Numbered from the stretch's first letter, positions 29,693 through 44,646 are shown. The stretch: DNA of 64,000 bases from Eledone cirrhosa (GCA_964016885.1 OZ024746.1:66774001-66838000), one strand, 5' to 3'. The notes: generated from the sequence alone by a model not told the origin. A program made the numbers and translations.

Positions 29693-30284
29693 CTCATCAA
29701 TTCAATATGTTATTTGTTAAGTGATATATCGACTCGTGTAAATAAAAAGCAAAACGTTATTGAATTCTAGTAATTGGATGATAAAAGACCCATTGCACGT
29801 AAGATATGACATATATAACTTCCATCAGAAATGCTTTTTTATGCTAATTCTTATTACTTCTATCTTTGTACGAAATCCTGAAATCCAATCTTCAGGAAAC
29901 CGTTCTTTTTATGGCAGCAATGTTTCAAAGTTCTTTTGTAAAACCACCTTCACAGAATATTGTTAGACACAGCAGCAGTCGTATGCAATGATTCCGATAC
30001 TAAACTTACTTACATTCTTCATCGGTATACAATTGCTTATATAATTCTCAGAGTGGGAATATGCGGATGTGTAAAAAATATTGGAGTTAAATACACCTGT
30101 TTTCATGAAACACAACAATACATCTGCCACGATAATTTAATTCTCACAGAGCAACGAACAATGGATTGCGTTATTTAAACGAATGGCGTGATATGATTTG
30201 ACAAAGAGTAACTTCATGATATAACAAACAAACCCACACATATGCACAAACATACACACATACACCCACTCACGCACATACACA

Positions 30285-30384
<100 letters not shown>

Positions 30385-30957
30385 TAAACGGAATAGAAAA
30401 TCCTCACAATTTGTTCACAGTTGAAAAATGGTTTAATTAGGAATAAAAGAGTATTAGTGATTGTATGGGTTAGTATTCAGTTGTGGTTTTAAGTTTTTAA
30501 GTTTTTACCGGTTGCGCATTTCTAAATGCTTTTCAAAAATAATTTTGAGATAGAGTGTCCGTGCTGTTTGCTCTGATCTGATTAGTTTTGGGAATTCTAC
30601 CTGTTTTTATGTTAAAAAAGTGGCTCCAGCGTTACTTTGGTGTTGCAAAAATTCTTGTGGTCAAAACAATTTTGATTGGTCGGTAGAGGTCATGTAAATG
30701 TAAAAAATTGATTTTGCGCCAAGACTGTTTTTATGTTAAAAAAGTGGCTCCAGCGCTACTTGGTGTTTGCAAAAATTCTTGTGGTCAAAACAATTTTGAT
30801 TGGTCGGTAGAGGTCATGTGAATAAAAAATTGGTTTTGCGCCAAGATTGAGAAATGACTCTTTCACAACAAATATGTGTGTGTGTGTGTAGTAGTAGTAA
30901 GGTGTTCGATGTTGTGATAATGGTTAGCAGGGATGTGTGGCAAATGGCTATTAAGAT

Positions 30958-31048
<91 letters not shown>

Positions 31049-31367
31049 GCAGAGTAATTCGTGGTAGCAGGGATGGTCAGTAAGAATGTGTCTGAAAGCA
31101 ATGGGGGGTATTTTAGCATGTCAAAAGATATTATTCAGCTTTTGTCTTATACGGAGAAGTACGTGTGTGTGTGTATAAGTCTCTTTGTATGTTAATGTAC
31201 GCGTGTGTATGTGTGTGTATATATATATATGTGTGTGTGTGTGTGGGTGGACCAGTATGTTTTCCCCCTGGTAAAATGGTGTACATTATTCGATTTTTTC
31301 AGTAAAATCGGTTCTCTTAATAGAACATCAAACATCTTAACAATAAAAGGTGTGAAATGATATTCAC

Positions 31368-31437
<70 letters not shown>

Positions 31438-31440
<3 letters not shown>

Positions 31441-32032
31441 TGGCTGCCAACTCGTTTTCGAGTACGGCCACTACTTTATATCCATGTAGGAGAACCCCTA
31501 CCGATGCGCTGAACGAGTGTGACTTTTTAGTCCAGCCAGCCACTTGAAAACTCTGGTACAAACACTACACTTGTGACAATTATTGACACAGTGCTAGGCC
31601 CATAGTACCATGTGACGACAAGTGCAGAGAGATCTCCAGATACAAAGCAATGCCTGTGCCGTGAAGCTTTTATAGTGAGCAAAGGCATGCACAAAGCCAG
31701 TCCCACTCTCTTAACCAAGATGATATTTACCAAAAAGAAGAACAAGTCAACATCATTGGATCCCATGAGGGTTGCAGTTATTATATCAGAGTTTTCCTTC
31801 TCCTAGAATTCTGCCTTAACAAAGGCTAAGGGGTCATCTCTCCCAGTGATTTTGGATGGCCATTGACTCTTAAGAGCTCCTTTGCCCTTTGACAGGTTTT
31901 GTTTTTAATCCTGCAGGATGTCCAAAGTCACCCTCCTCACCAGAAACCTTGGTGGGGTTGCCAGTTTAGTCGCCAACGACCCGACCATGAGACAGGTTGT
32001 ACTGGGATACATGTAGCACCAAGTGGTGACCT

Positions 32033-32035
<3 letters not shown>
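31438..32035 (-). mobile_element. Secondary insertion into the (TA)n of the left PLE arm; probably an RTE-type LINE 5' UTR fragment
   Basis: Absent from the right arm; GC-richer; TTTTCCTTCTCCTAG...AAGGCTAAG and minus-strand CTGGCAACCCCA resemble RTE 5' regions (from memory). Confidence 0.5.
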
Positions 32036-32078
<43 letters not shown>

Positions 32079-32278
32079 TATATACATACATATATATATA
32101 TATATATATACACATATATTTTTTTGTGTAGCACCATAGAGCATGTGTGTTTACGTATGTCATTGTGTTTATATGTGGGTAGAGATGTGTGCTGATGTAG
32201 GTATGTATGTTGACGTGTGTATGTTGTGGGTTCGTCTTAGGGAGAAGTGTTTAGACCGGGTCCGTATTTGTTAATGAA

Positions 32279-34215
32279 GAAAGAATGGGAAGAATTAAAT
32301 AGATTAAAAACCGACAGAACCATTACAATTAAAGAGGCTGATAAAGGGAGTACAGTAGTCCTAATGGAGACAGAATTCTATATCAACTTAGCGCTCTCCA
32401 CTTTGGAAAACGAAATATACTACGAAAAGGCTGAACACTACAATCAACAGAAAATTATGAGAAACTTAAAAACTCTAATCAACCAATACAAAGAAGGACT
32501 CACTAACAAGGAATTCAGCTTCATCACAGACTTCACAAGTAAATCCAGCCTTTTCTACGGTATCCCTAAAGTACATAAAAGCGAATCAATAAGTAAGGCA
32601 TGCAAGGAAGCCACAGACATAGTCATCAATGTCCCCTCACCCAATGATCTCAAATTAAGACCTATCATAGCAGGCCCCGCTTGCGAAACGCACCGTCTTA
32701 GCAACTTCATTGATACCCTTCTCAAACCCTTCCTCAAACACATCAAAAGCTATATAAGGGACGACCTAGATATGCTCAATCACCTCCCTAATATGCCACT
32801 TTCTGAACAAACCCTACTAGTGACGTTCGATGTAGTGAACCTATACTCCAACATCCCCCACAACCTAGGAATAGAAGCTATCCAATTCTGGCTGGATAAT
32901 TTCCACAATGAACTCCCAAAACGCATCAAAAAAGAATTCGTGATAGAGGGACTCAAATTTATCTTGAAGAACAATTACTTCGTTTTCAATAACAAACCCT
33001 ACAGGCAGAAATCTGGGACCGCTATGGGAACGAAAACAGCCCCCACTTATGCCAACCTAGTCATGGGATACCTGGAAATCACCCTCTACACTAAAGTCCT
33101 AAACAAATTTGGAAACACCCTCCACTTACACATTGAAAGGAACTGGAAGCGATATCTAGATGACTGCTTCATCCTTTGGCACGAAAACATCGAAAAACTT
33201 AAAGAATTTCACACCCTTATAAATGGGCTCAACACGAATATTAACTTCACGATGGAATACAGCGATCAACAACTCCCCTTCCTCGACATCCTCATTAAGA
33301 TCCATAACAAAAAAATAGAAACAGACATATACTACAAGCCCACAGACTCCAAGCAATATCTCCCCTTCAACTCTTGCCACCCTAGACACGTTAAAATTAA
33401 TATTCCCTACAACTTAGCCAAGAGAATCTGTACTATAGTCTCCAATAAAAACATCTGCTACTTACGGCTACAAGAACTAAAGGACACACTCATAGGCAGG
33501 GACTACCCTGCATCACTAATTGACAATGGAATCCAACGTGCCCTAAAACTCAGTACCCAGGACCTTAGACACCCTAAAGTAAATCAACCGAAACTAAAAG
33601 CTCTTCCATACATCTCCACACACAACCCCCTCAACAATGAGGCCTTTGATACCATCCTCCAGAACATCCCTGTGTTGAAAAAGGACCATAGAATGAACCA
33701 AATTCTACGAACACACGATATCATAAAGAGCAAAAGACAATCCAAGTCAATGAAAAACATCCTAACACATGCCAAAGTACTGCCAACCACAACAACGAAA
33801 CCCACAGTTAAAAAAATGCGATAGACCCAACTGTGGCATTTGCATCAACCTAATAGAGGGTTCGGAATTCTATTTCAAAGACGGACAACGTTTTATAGTA
33901 AAACACAATTTCACATGTGCATCGGAAAATCTAATATATGTATTAACTTGCACAGGTTGTCGAGAACAATACATAGGCCAGACCAAAAACAGCCTCCGCC
34001 AACGCATGACTGTCCATAGATCCCAAATTAAAATTCGGGAATACAGGAAAATACCACTGAGTGAACACATTGATACCTGTGCCGCCCAAAATCATCCCAA
34101 CTTCAGAATCTTTGCCCTCTACAAATTTAAAGATAATGCCACCCACACCCAGCGCATCAGCAAGGAATCTTAATTCATTAACAAATACGGACCCCGTCTA
34201 AACACCTCTCCCTAA
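32279..34215 (+). pseudogene. PLE polyprotein: reverse transcriptase plus C-terminal GIY-YIG endonuclease, disrupted by a +1 frameshift (A7 at 33810-33816) and TAA at 34171-34173
   Basis: IKEADKG, FYGIPKVHK, LRPII, FDVVNLYSNIP, GTAMGT, RYLDD, PFLD, YYKPT; linker CDRPNCGIC; NLIYVLTCTGCREQYIGQT...RQRM..H; natural end FINKYGPRLNTSP* at 34215. Confidence 0.95.
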
Positions 34216-34618
34216 GACGAACCCACAACATACACACGTCAACATACATACGTACATCAGCACACATCTCTACCCACATATAAACACAATGACATACGTA
34301 AACACACATGCTCTATGGTGCAACACAAAAAAATATATGTGTATATATATATATGTATGTATATATATATGTGTTTATATATATATATATATAGTGAATA
34401 TATGTATGTGTATATATATATAGTGAATATCATTTCACACTTTTTATTGTTAAGATTTTTGATGTTCTATTAAGAGAACCGATTTTACTGAAAAAATCGA
34501 ATAATGTACACCATTTTACCAGGGGGAAAAAAATACTGGTCCACCCACACACACACACACATATATATATACACACACACATACACACGCGAACATTAAC
34601 ATACAAAGAGACTTATAT

Positions 34619-34668
<50 letters not shown>

Positions 34669-34765
34669 TTCTCCGTATAAGACAAAAGCTGAAAAATATC
34701 TTTTGACATGCTAAAATAGACACGTTCTTACTGACCATCCCTGCTACCACGAATTACTCTGCTAT

Positions 34766-34847
<82 letters not shown>

Positions 34848-34965
34848 ACACACTTATCTTAATAGCCATTTGACACACATCCCTGCTAACCATTATCACA
34901 ACATCGAACACCTTACTACTACTACTACACACACACATATTTGTTGTGAAAGAGTCATTTCACAA

Positions 34966-35211
34966 TCTTGGCGCAAAACCAATTTTTTATTCACATGACC
35001 TCTACCGACCAATCAAAATTGTTTTGACCACAAGAATGTTTGCAAACACCAAGTAGCGCTGGAGCCACTTTTTTAACATAAAAACAGTCTTGGCGCAAAA
35101 TCAATTTTTTACTTTCACATGACCTCTACCGACCAATCAAAATTGTTTTGACCACAAGAATTTTTGCAACACCAAAGTAACGCTGGAGCCACTTTTTTAA
35201 CATAAAAACAG
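34966..35211 (+). promoter_or_regulatory. Duplicated ~122-bp module in the PLE pLTR with E2F-like TTGGCGC and CCAAT motifs
   Basis: Two tandem copies starting 34966 and 35088, mirrored at ~30600-30846; related single module at 7684-7800. Confidence 0.45.
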
Positions 35212-35453
35212 GTAGAATTCCCAAAACTAATCAGATCAGAGCAAACAGCACGGACACTCTATCTCAAAATTATTTAGAAATGTGCAACCGGTAAAAACTT
35301 AAAAACTTAAAACCACAACTGAATACTAACCCATACAATCACTAATACTCTTGTATTCCTAATTAAACCATTTTTCAACTGTGAACAATTTGTCAGCATT
35401 TTCTATTCCGTTTACCAATATATAATAACTTGTGTGCTACACCTCTATTCTTT

Positions 35454-35522
<69 letters not shown>

Positions 35523-35699
35523 TAAAATAACAGATTAAAGTTTAAGCAAAGAATCGCTGCTTTCAACATTAATGGGATTTTCTGAAATATTTTAATAATT
35601 ATTGGCTCTAGGGTTCTTATATATTTGATATATATTTATCCTTGTCGAGTCCTCTTTAGATTTTATCTTCACATTTATTATTATTACTATATATATATA

Positions 35700-36031
35700 T
35701 ATCATATATCATATATTGAGTTATCAACTCAAAAGAGTATTTTACAATTAAATACCTCAAAGAAGGGAATATTTCCGAGCCGTGTAAAACAAAAATGAAT
35801 ATATGAGAGGGATGAACACCGATACAAGTATACATGTGTTCGAATTGTAAATGACCAAGTTAGCTAGGTTGAAAAATACTAATTGCCAAATATTGGTTTG
35901 TTATTTATATTGATTTATTACTTTAAATCGAGACAGGCAAACCATAGTATTCTAAATTAGTATTGTTCGAACTTGGTCATTTACAATTCGAACACATGTA
36001 TAGTTGTTCATCCATCTCATATACTCATTTG

Positions 36032-36032
<1 letters not shown>
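35700..36032. mobile_element. Fold-back insertion, same family as 62985-63270
   Basis: Inverted arms ATACATGTGTTCGAATTGTAAATGACCAAGTT / AACTTGGTCATTTACAATTCGAACACATGTAT; shares ATATTTCCGAGCCGT with ~63030. Confidence 0.75.
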
Positions 36033-36120
<88 letters not shown>

Positions 36121-36169
36121 CCACCCACACACACACAGAGACATATATATATATACATATATACATGTA

Positions 36170-36241
<72 letters not shown>

Positions 36242-36286
36242 TACATATATATATATCATATATATATATCATATATATATACATAC

Positions 36287-37513
<1,227 letters not shown>

Positions 37514-37520
37514 GTATATG

Positions 37521-37551
<31 letters not shown>

Positions 37552-37554
<3 letters not shown>

Positions 37555-38237
37555 TGTATATATATTATCAAATGATTCTATGGACATACTTTATAGTATA
37601 TTGCTCTGATTATTTAATCTATTAATTCATCATTGAGCCACATAGTGAATGGTTTCCAAATCATATATATGTGTGACTTTGTCTAGTTTGTGTATATGTA
37701 AATCTTTATATTTGATAATCTCCCATAAGGTTGAGATGCAATTTGGGCAATATTGGGCTGCGCATTCTAGCAACCAGCCCACTCGCCGTAAGCCACCAAT
37801 CACATTCTTTCTGACTTGACCACTGCCACGTCACAATGCTTAGCCATTTTGAAATTCGTTTCTGGCGAGTTTTTTTCCAGGTGAGTTCGAAGCTCGAGAA
37901 TTTATCCTTGATAGGATATTTCCGAAAGCGAACGAAACCCTAAGGGTAGAAACGTTATCCTGGTATGTGTATATGCATTTTTTCTTCTAACTTTAATTTT
38001 ATACCTAATTGTGTATGGTTGACGGTATATTTAATCGATTTCCACGTGCTATTGAAATGTTGGGTAAATAGCGGTTGACCGCGAATAGATTGGTGTCTAC
38101 TATTTCTTCATAGGTACCTTTTAATCTTATAGGCTGGTTTAATTGTTGTTTTTTTTGTGTGGTTGATTATGTTTATTGGGAAAGGAAATGGTGTATGTAT
38201 ATTAACAAATGATTCTATGGACATACTTGATAGTATA
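37552..38237 (+). mobile_element. 637-bp monomer with ~49-bp terminal direct repeat, between (TA)n tracts
   Basis: TGGTGTA...CAAATGATTCTATGGACATACTT.ATAGTATA at 37552 and 38189; only a 3' HHR-like half (GAAA-CCCTAAGGG-TA, ~37935-37949) is recognisable. Confidence 0.65.
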
Positions 38238-38251
38238 TATATATATATATT

Positions 38252-38316
<65 letters not shown>

Positions 38317-39124
38317 ATCCGAGTGTGTCCCCTTTCTCAGCCCAATTATGTTGTCCAAGGGAAAGGGTAATATCTGATACAGTTTGACACCAGTAACGTT
38401 GCAATAGATTTCTACAGTTGAGTGGACTGGACCAACCGGAAATAAATTGTCTAAATCAAGGATACAACACATCGCTCGTATTTGTATGTAATCATCTATT
38501 AATGAAGTTATTCACATGTAATATTCAAATTCTGGCTTATTTTATAAGTAATATGCGAAGGTATTTCAATATGTGATATGCACCTTCAAAGTGATACAAT
38601 TATTTATGTACTTAGCTTACACAACAAATCACTTACTTGAAAATACTCTCTGTAACAGACAAAACTTTTAGTAGTATTGTTTATTGCATTACCAATTGAA
38701 TAATAACCATTATTATTAATTCAGCAATTCTGTTCAGAGAGTGGACATAATTAAATAGTGAACATAGGTGAAGAAAAAATTCGATGGTTGTGGTTTTCAT
38801 AGCTATCCAGGTGTTGAGAGATACACATCAAAGCTGACATTAATGTCCTCTGAAACAATATGCTAGATAAGACTTTTTACCATGCAACAAGAGCAACCAA
38901 TATGTCAACTCACATTATTTTAATGTTCATTTACTTTCTCGGGTAATTCTCTAAATAGGTTCGTTTGACTTGCTGTCGACAATATGTTCTGCTGCTACTA
39001 TGACTACTAATACTGCTGCTATTCTGATGACTTCTACTACATCTACTACTACAGTTGTTACTAGCACTATTGGTATTACTACTGATTTTACTGCGCCTGT
39101 TCTTACGAATATTACTATTGCAAA

Positions 39125-39275
39125 TAATAATCATTCCTAGCTTTGTCACAAGGCCAGCAATTGGTGAGAACGGAAAGTCGTTTATATCGACCCCATTATT
39201 TAAATATCTTATTTTATTCACCCTGGATGGAAGACATGCAGAGTTTATCTCGGTGAAACTTGAACTCAGAAGCCA
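39125..39275 (-). mobile_element. Diverged related SINE
   Basis: CACAAGGCCAGCAATT and TTGAACTCAGA shared with the family. Confidence 0.55.
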
Positions 39276-39389
39276 AAGTGTCAAACAAAATAACGCAATG
39301 GCATTTTACTCGACATTTTACAAACTCTGCCAGATTTGTACAACTTTAAGCTCTGTAGGTATACGTACTAAATACAAAACATGGAATTT

Positions 39390-40545
39390 CGAATTTCTTT
39401 ATTTGGAATCTTTGTAGTGTTGGTATAAAAGGTTGAATAATTTAAAATAAAATTAGAAAAGAGCATCTGCGCGGGGAAAAGAAAACATTAAAATCCAAAT
39501 TCAGGGGCATAAATTCCACCAGCACCATTACCTCAAAGTAGTATCCATCATCAAATATAGCAGGGAAATAATAAGATGAGAAAAGACCTTGAGGATGTAG
39601 ATAGAAACATAAGGAACTCGATGAAATTACGCAAGGAATTACGCCCACGGGCAGATATCGAGAAGCTATATTTCAAATTAGAACAGGAAGGACGAAGGCC
39701 GGTAAGCTTAGAAGTGTATGAGGCGATAGAGGGAGGGGACTTGTGAAAGTAGGTTGCTAGGAATGATGGGGTTGTTCGATACAATAGAACGGCAAGGTAG
39801 GGAAACATTTTATCAGAACTAGGAAGGAACCATAAGCTAGAAATAGTTACACGAAAAGTAATTCTAAACTATTGAAGGGCATCGAGATAAGAAGTCATTC
39901 TAGCGACAATAAAAGCCGGCGCAGGATGAACATGGGGCTTTATTTACGACTCGCTTGATCAAGCCATCAGAAATACATATATCAGTAAGAAAATAAATAA
40001 GGAAGACAACATATTTACATTCAGAAGACGAAAAGACAGAGAATGTGAGCTCACCAGTATTATAAAAACTAGGGACAGGACAAAGTTGCCATAACTTTAC
40101 ATTGGCGAATGTCTAAAAGTCTGTATTTTAACAAGTAAAGAAACGGTATGACCGAAAACCAGACTGTTTTCTCGATAAAAACATGAACCTATTATGGTTC
40201 CTGAAGATTCAAACAGATGAGCAAATTGAGTATTTTTCCACAGATTCTCTTATGCTCAAGGAAGGGGATCTGTGTTTCGGATACATAATATTACTTGTTC
40301 ATTTAATTCTAAAAAGGTAGAGAAAGAACGTTCAAATATATAAAACTATGGAAACCTAAAGTACAGATAATCTAGAATTGGCCTCCTCATTATCACCACA
40401 ACTGCAATAGAAGCTTAAGGGACAATGAATAGAAGTTTAACTGGTTCGTGAAGAATGTCGGATATAGTGTGGGAAATCCTGACACTACAGGCTATATGTT
40501 TGTTTTGCACAGCATAAATAATAGCTAAATTTGCAGGTGACAGTA
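39390..40545 (+). pseudogene. Decayed R4/Dong-like (RLE-type) non-LTR retrotransposon, 3' half
   Basis: Ordered fragments: KTLKSKF, VVSIIKYS, LRPRADIEKLY..EGRRPVSLE, DQAIRNTYISKKINKED, QDKVAITLHWRMSK, AIEA*GTM, LQAICLFCTA; these parallel LHPRSDVDRLY, QDQAIRT, RHDKVA..IHW, IGALG, LQK..LLGTA. Confidence 0.8.
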
Positions 40546-41686
40546 TGATATTTAGCAATACAAATGCTGTCAGAGTAAATAATGAGATTCGGATTATCAA
40601 AATGCGCCTAGCCACATTTGAATAGAGGAAATTTAATCAAAAATAATTATATCATATTAGAAAAACTAACAGCGAGATGCAAGAAATTGACTAAAGATAA
40701 ATATGAAAATACCATAAACTAAACCACGTACAAAACATACAAAGGGAAGAATGGCTAAGAATATATATTATTGTTTTAATACTTTAAACAAAATGAAATG
40801 CAAAAACAAAAATACGTTAATAGACATCGAATTACTAATTATTATCTTAATAAACTGCAGTTAAATTACTGCTCACTGGACCCGAATTGAACAGCCAAGA
40901 TAAACCGAGAAAACGAACAAGAAAAAACATTAATGCATTTATAATGCAGCAAATAATATTTGAGAACGATTATATTTACACTAAATATAGGAGGTTATGA
41001 ACCATACAAAACTCGTAAAGTATGATAAAGTATCCAGCATTAGACTACAGCAATATATTTTAAAAACTATAAGAGGCAGCTAATAAAATAATGTAATAAA
41101 CAGCCTAGAAACTAGAACAAAAATTATTTCTATCTCTGAAGAATTAAAAAAGCACCAAACCGAAATTGAATTCTCAGGTGGTTACGACCTTGACAAGAGG
41201 AATAGCAACAGATATGCGTTCAAATCCCAAATCTATTTTAAAAGGGCGTCAAAATACTACGATTGAACGATGGCAAGCTAATTTCTTACATGTCAAATGC
41301 ACCAAAATATGATAGAGAGTATGTAGATTATATAAATCCCCAATGCTATCTCAAACATACAAGAGCCAAAGCCGAGAAAAAAAGCCTTCTCATCAGAAAT
41401 AACTTAAAGCACGCAATGAAATAGAATGCATTACGAAACTGCTGAATGGTTGGAGATAGGAGAGAATCAAGAAACTATATTCTCACTATCTACTAAATCT
41501 TAACCATGAAATAGAATAACCATGTACACAACATGACTGAATTTTACATACACTGGAAGTAATGCTAGCGTTAGGAAATAATTGAAATTGGTGGATTAGA
41601 TATACACCAGAAAATAACTCAGATAATATGTAAGTGAACCCGTAGTTAATCAAGCAGATACTGCAGTTAAAATGAAATGCCTCGTA

Positions 41687-41770
41687 GAAGAAGAAGAAGA
41701 AGAAGAAGAAGAAGAAGAAGAAGAAGAAGAAGAAGAAGAAGAAGAAGAAGAAGAAGAAGAAGAAGAAGAA
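41687..41770. repeat. (GAA)n microsatellite
   Basis: Direct inspection. Confidence 0.95.
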
Positions 41771-41781
41771 TTATAATTCTA

Positions 41782-41871
<90 letters not shown>

Positions 41872-42959
41872 GGAATAAAGAAAATGCGAAGTTAGATGCA
41901 GACGTTAAACAATCCTTTATTAACAAAGCTTTTATACATATTTCAATGGTAATGTGTTGCAATAATCATAAGGCCCAATCTCACAAGTTCTATGTTTCTA
42001 TTGATATGTAAATAATGTAATCATCAACGACATATTATAAGCTTTTGAAGGCGAATCAGACGTACAATGATATGCATGCTGATGAGTTTATATAATTTGA
42101 AATATATTGTATATATTATTTAAAATATACACGAAGGCGTGAAAATTGTAGCTACAACACGTCCACACGATTAAATTCTGTAACATTGGAAAAGCAGTGT
42201 TAATATGTCTATACTCTAATCTTGTCAGATTTTCATCAGCGACACAATTAGTTCCTCAATGTAATGAATCGTATTGTTTTCGGAGCTGGATTGTGGCACT
42301 GTTTGTTCAGGTGCAACGTGGGCGAAACAAAATGGGTTTGTTTATTCATAGCTTTGCTGTCAAGTTAACTCTCATATACCAGAACGAACTCTTGCTAAAT
42401 CAAAACAGCAAATACAATTACACATTTTTCTCACAATAAGATTCACATTTCCCCAGCACGTAATTCACAAATAGGTTTAGATAATTCGAAGTGCAGTTCA
42501 GGTAAAGATTCTGGTCATGATTTTAATTCAAATCCGCGGAGCTTTATTTTGTTTTTCCTTCTTCCAGAATCGATAAAATAAGTAAACGTCAAGAGGTGTT
42601 TGATTTAATTGACTCTCTTCTCTACCAAAACATTTTGGCTTTCAGACAATGAATATGATAAGCAATATCTTGTCACTGGGGGCTTGGTCTTTGTTTTCGA
42701 GACAATAATGTCTGATAATATCCCAGCAGGTATTCGCCGAACTATAATTTCAACTCTTAATTGAAAGACAACAGTGTAAGATGACAACAGTTTACTACAG
42801 CCAAAATAATTCTGTCACCACAGACAATGACAGTTACGTTCTTAAAAACGTTCGTTCCAATCGAGTTCCAAATGTATTCCCCAGTTCTACAGATTCATTT
42901 CTAGCCTAAGTTTATTTCACAGTCATCTGAATCTCCAGTTAGACTTAGAAATTATTACC

Positions 42960-43460
42960 CCATCGTCAATTAGCTTGAACATTTTCCGTTTTGCATTTAT
43001 ATAATTATTTGGCCTGATCTGATGAATAACGATTTAGCGTCCCATTGTCCTTCGATTGCTTACTATATTTTGAAAGAGACGTTGAATTCTGCAATCGACT
43101 GTTATTAAACGTATACAGGCGTTGCGAAAAGCATTTTTGGTCAGACCTATGTACATTTATTTCCTGTAAATCAGCTTCGTATACGAGGTGCCTGGGCAGT
43201 CATATATTCTCCAGGGCACATCGAGGTTGGTCTCTACATTTATATTGCCGGGGTGCCATATTTTTAGTTTGTGTTTATGCTTGTTCAGGATTTGTGATAA
43301 TATATTACTGGAGTAGACGTAGAGCGTCATAATCGTAATCTTGTTGAAGAACTTATAGTGGCGGGTGGTGAGAAAATGCTTTCTTATAAAAGAGAGAATA
43401 TGTCCGGCTGTGTTCGTAAATATATTGAGAATGTGGATTATAAGTATAGTTGTGTTTGTG
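42960..43460 (-). pseudogene. Decayed PLE linker plus GIY-YIG endonuclease (second PLE type)
   Basis: Minus: TNTAGHILSFIRKHF..FFNK..SQILNKHKHKL; YKCRDQPRCALENI*L..LVYEA; MYIGLTKNAFR; FNNSRLQNSTSLSKY. Confidence 0.8.
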
Positions 43461-43465
43461 TGCTT

Positions 43466-44047
43466 GATCAAATGTGATTAGTTGAGATAATATAAGATGA
43501 TAATAGTTATGTCAAGTTTATACATCTTAATAATAAATAATCTGTGTATCAGAGTTACAGAACCTTCAATTCACTTACAGGTTCAAGCCACGTGGCATAG
43601 TCCATTGTTTATCTGTGCGGTCATGCGCTTTTGTTTTTGACACCACAGCAGATGCACAAGTTCGTAAATTCCAATGCAGATAGAAATCTATTTTTGCTCA
43701 CCCGGACATTGACGGAGGATCCAATATTCCTAGTTCAATATGTGTGTGGTGTTATTTTGGTCGCACAAATCAATCACTTGGTTCAATATTATGGAGTATG
43801 GTTTTCTGGTCTTCGTAACAGTGTCAGATATACAACCACTGACACTGTTACGAAGACCAGAAAACTGTGGTGTCAAAAGCAAACGCGCATGACCGCACAG
43901 ATGAACAATGGACTATGCCACGTGGCTTGAACCTGTAAGTGAATTGAAGGTTCTGTAACTCTGATACACAGATTATTTATTATTAAGATGTATAAACTTG
44001 ACATAACTATTATCATCTTATATTCTCTCAACTAATCACATTTGATC
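43466..44047. mobile_element. Fold-back element with ~185-bp inverted arms and a nested 27-bp-arm hairpin (43801-43865)
   Basis: 43466-43649 is the near-perfect reverse complement of 43865-44047. Confidence 0.88.
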
Positions 44048-44646
44048 ACATTTGATCATATTTCCCTATCCCGTTTTCTCCCCCCATAATTATAATATTT
44101 TTATTTTTATTTGAAAAAATCGGTTGTTTTACATTGCGTTTTCCCCTCCAAATATTCGCTTATATTTCTTTATATATTCTCTATATATTTTTTTACATAT
44201 ATATTTTTTATCTTTATTATTTCCACTTTTATCCTCCTTTATATTTTACCTTATTCTTACTTTTATACATTATTATAGTGTAATCCTCCCCATGCCTTAT
44301 TATACATTATTAATTGTAGATTATTATTATTACTCTTTTTCCATTTCTAATTATCTCATGTACTTTCTCCTCCGTTATATATATATATATTGTATGCCCT
44401 TTGTGTTTGTGTAGCCTCTGCACACCCTCTGCACCATACTATCGACGCCACCCCATCTATGGTTCAGCTAACCACTCGACTCCCGGGAATGAATATGGCC
44501 GCAGCTAGTAAAAAAGGACCCACACTGCACCCTCCCGCACCAAAATTAGACTTATCGTCCCCTACTTTTGCTCTTTACTCTCTTTACTCTTTGTTCTTGA
44601 ATGTTTGGTTGGTAGAGTCCATAACACCAATCAAACCCCTTTTATA

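Noticed and set aside
33805-33820. Programmed frameshift between RT and GIY-YIG
   Set aside because: PLEs normally encode one ORF; an extra A in a homopolymer is better explained by mutation or sequencing error
40700-41640. Possible very old PLE GIY-YIG remnant (LYSHYLLNLNHEIE)
   Set aside because: Too degenerate to support by eye; needs a profile search
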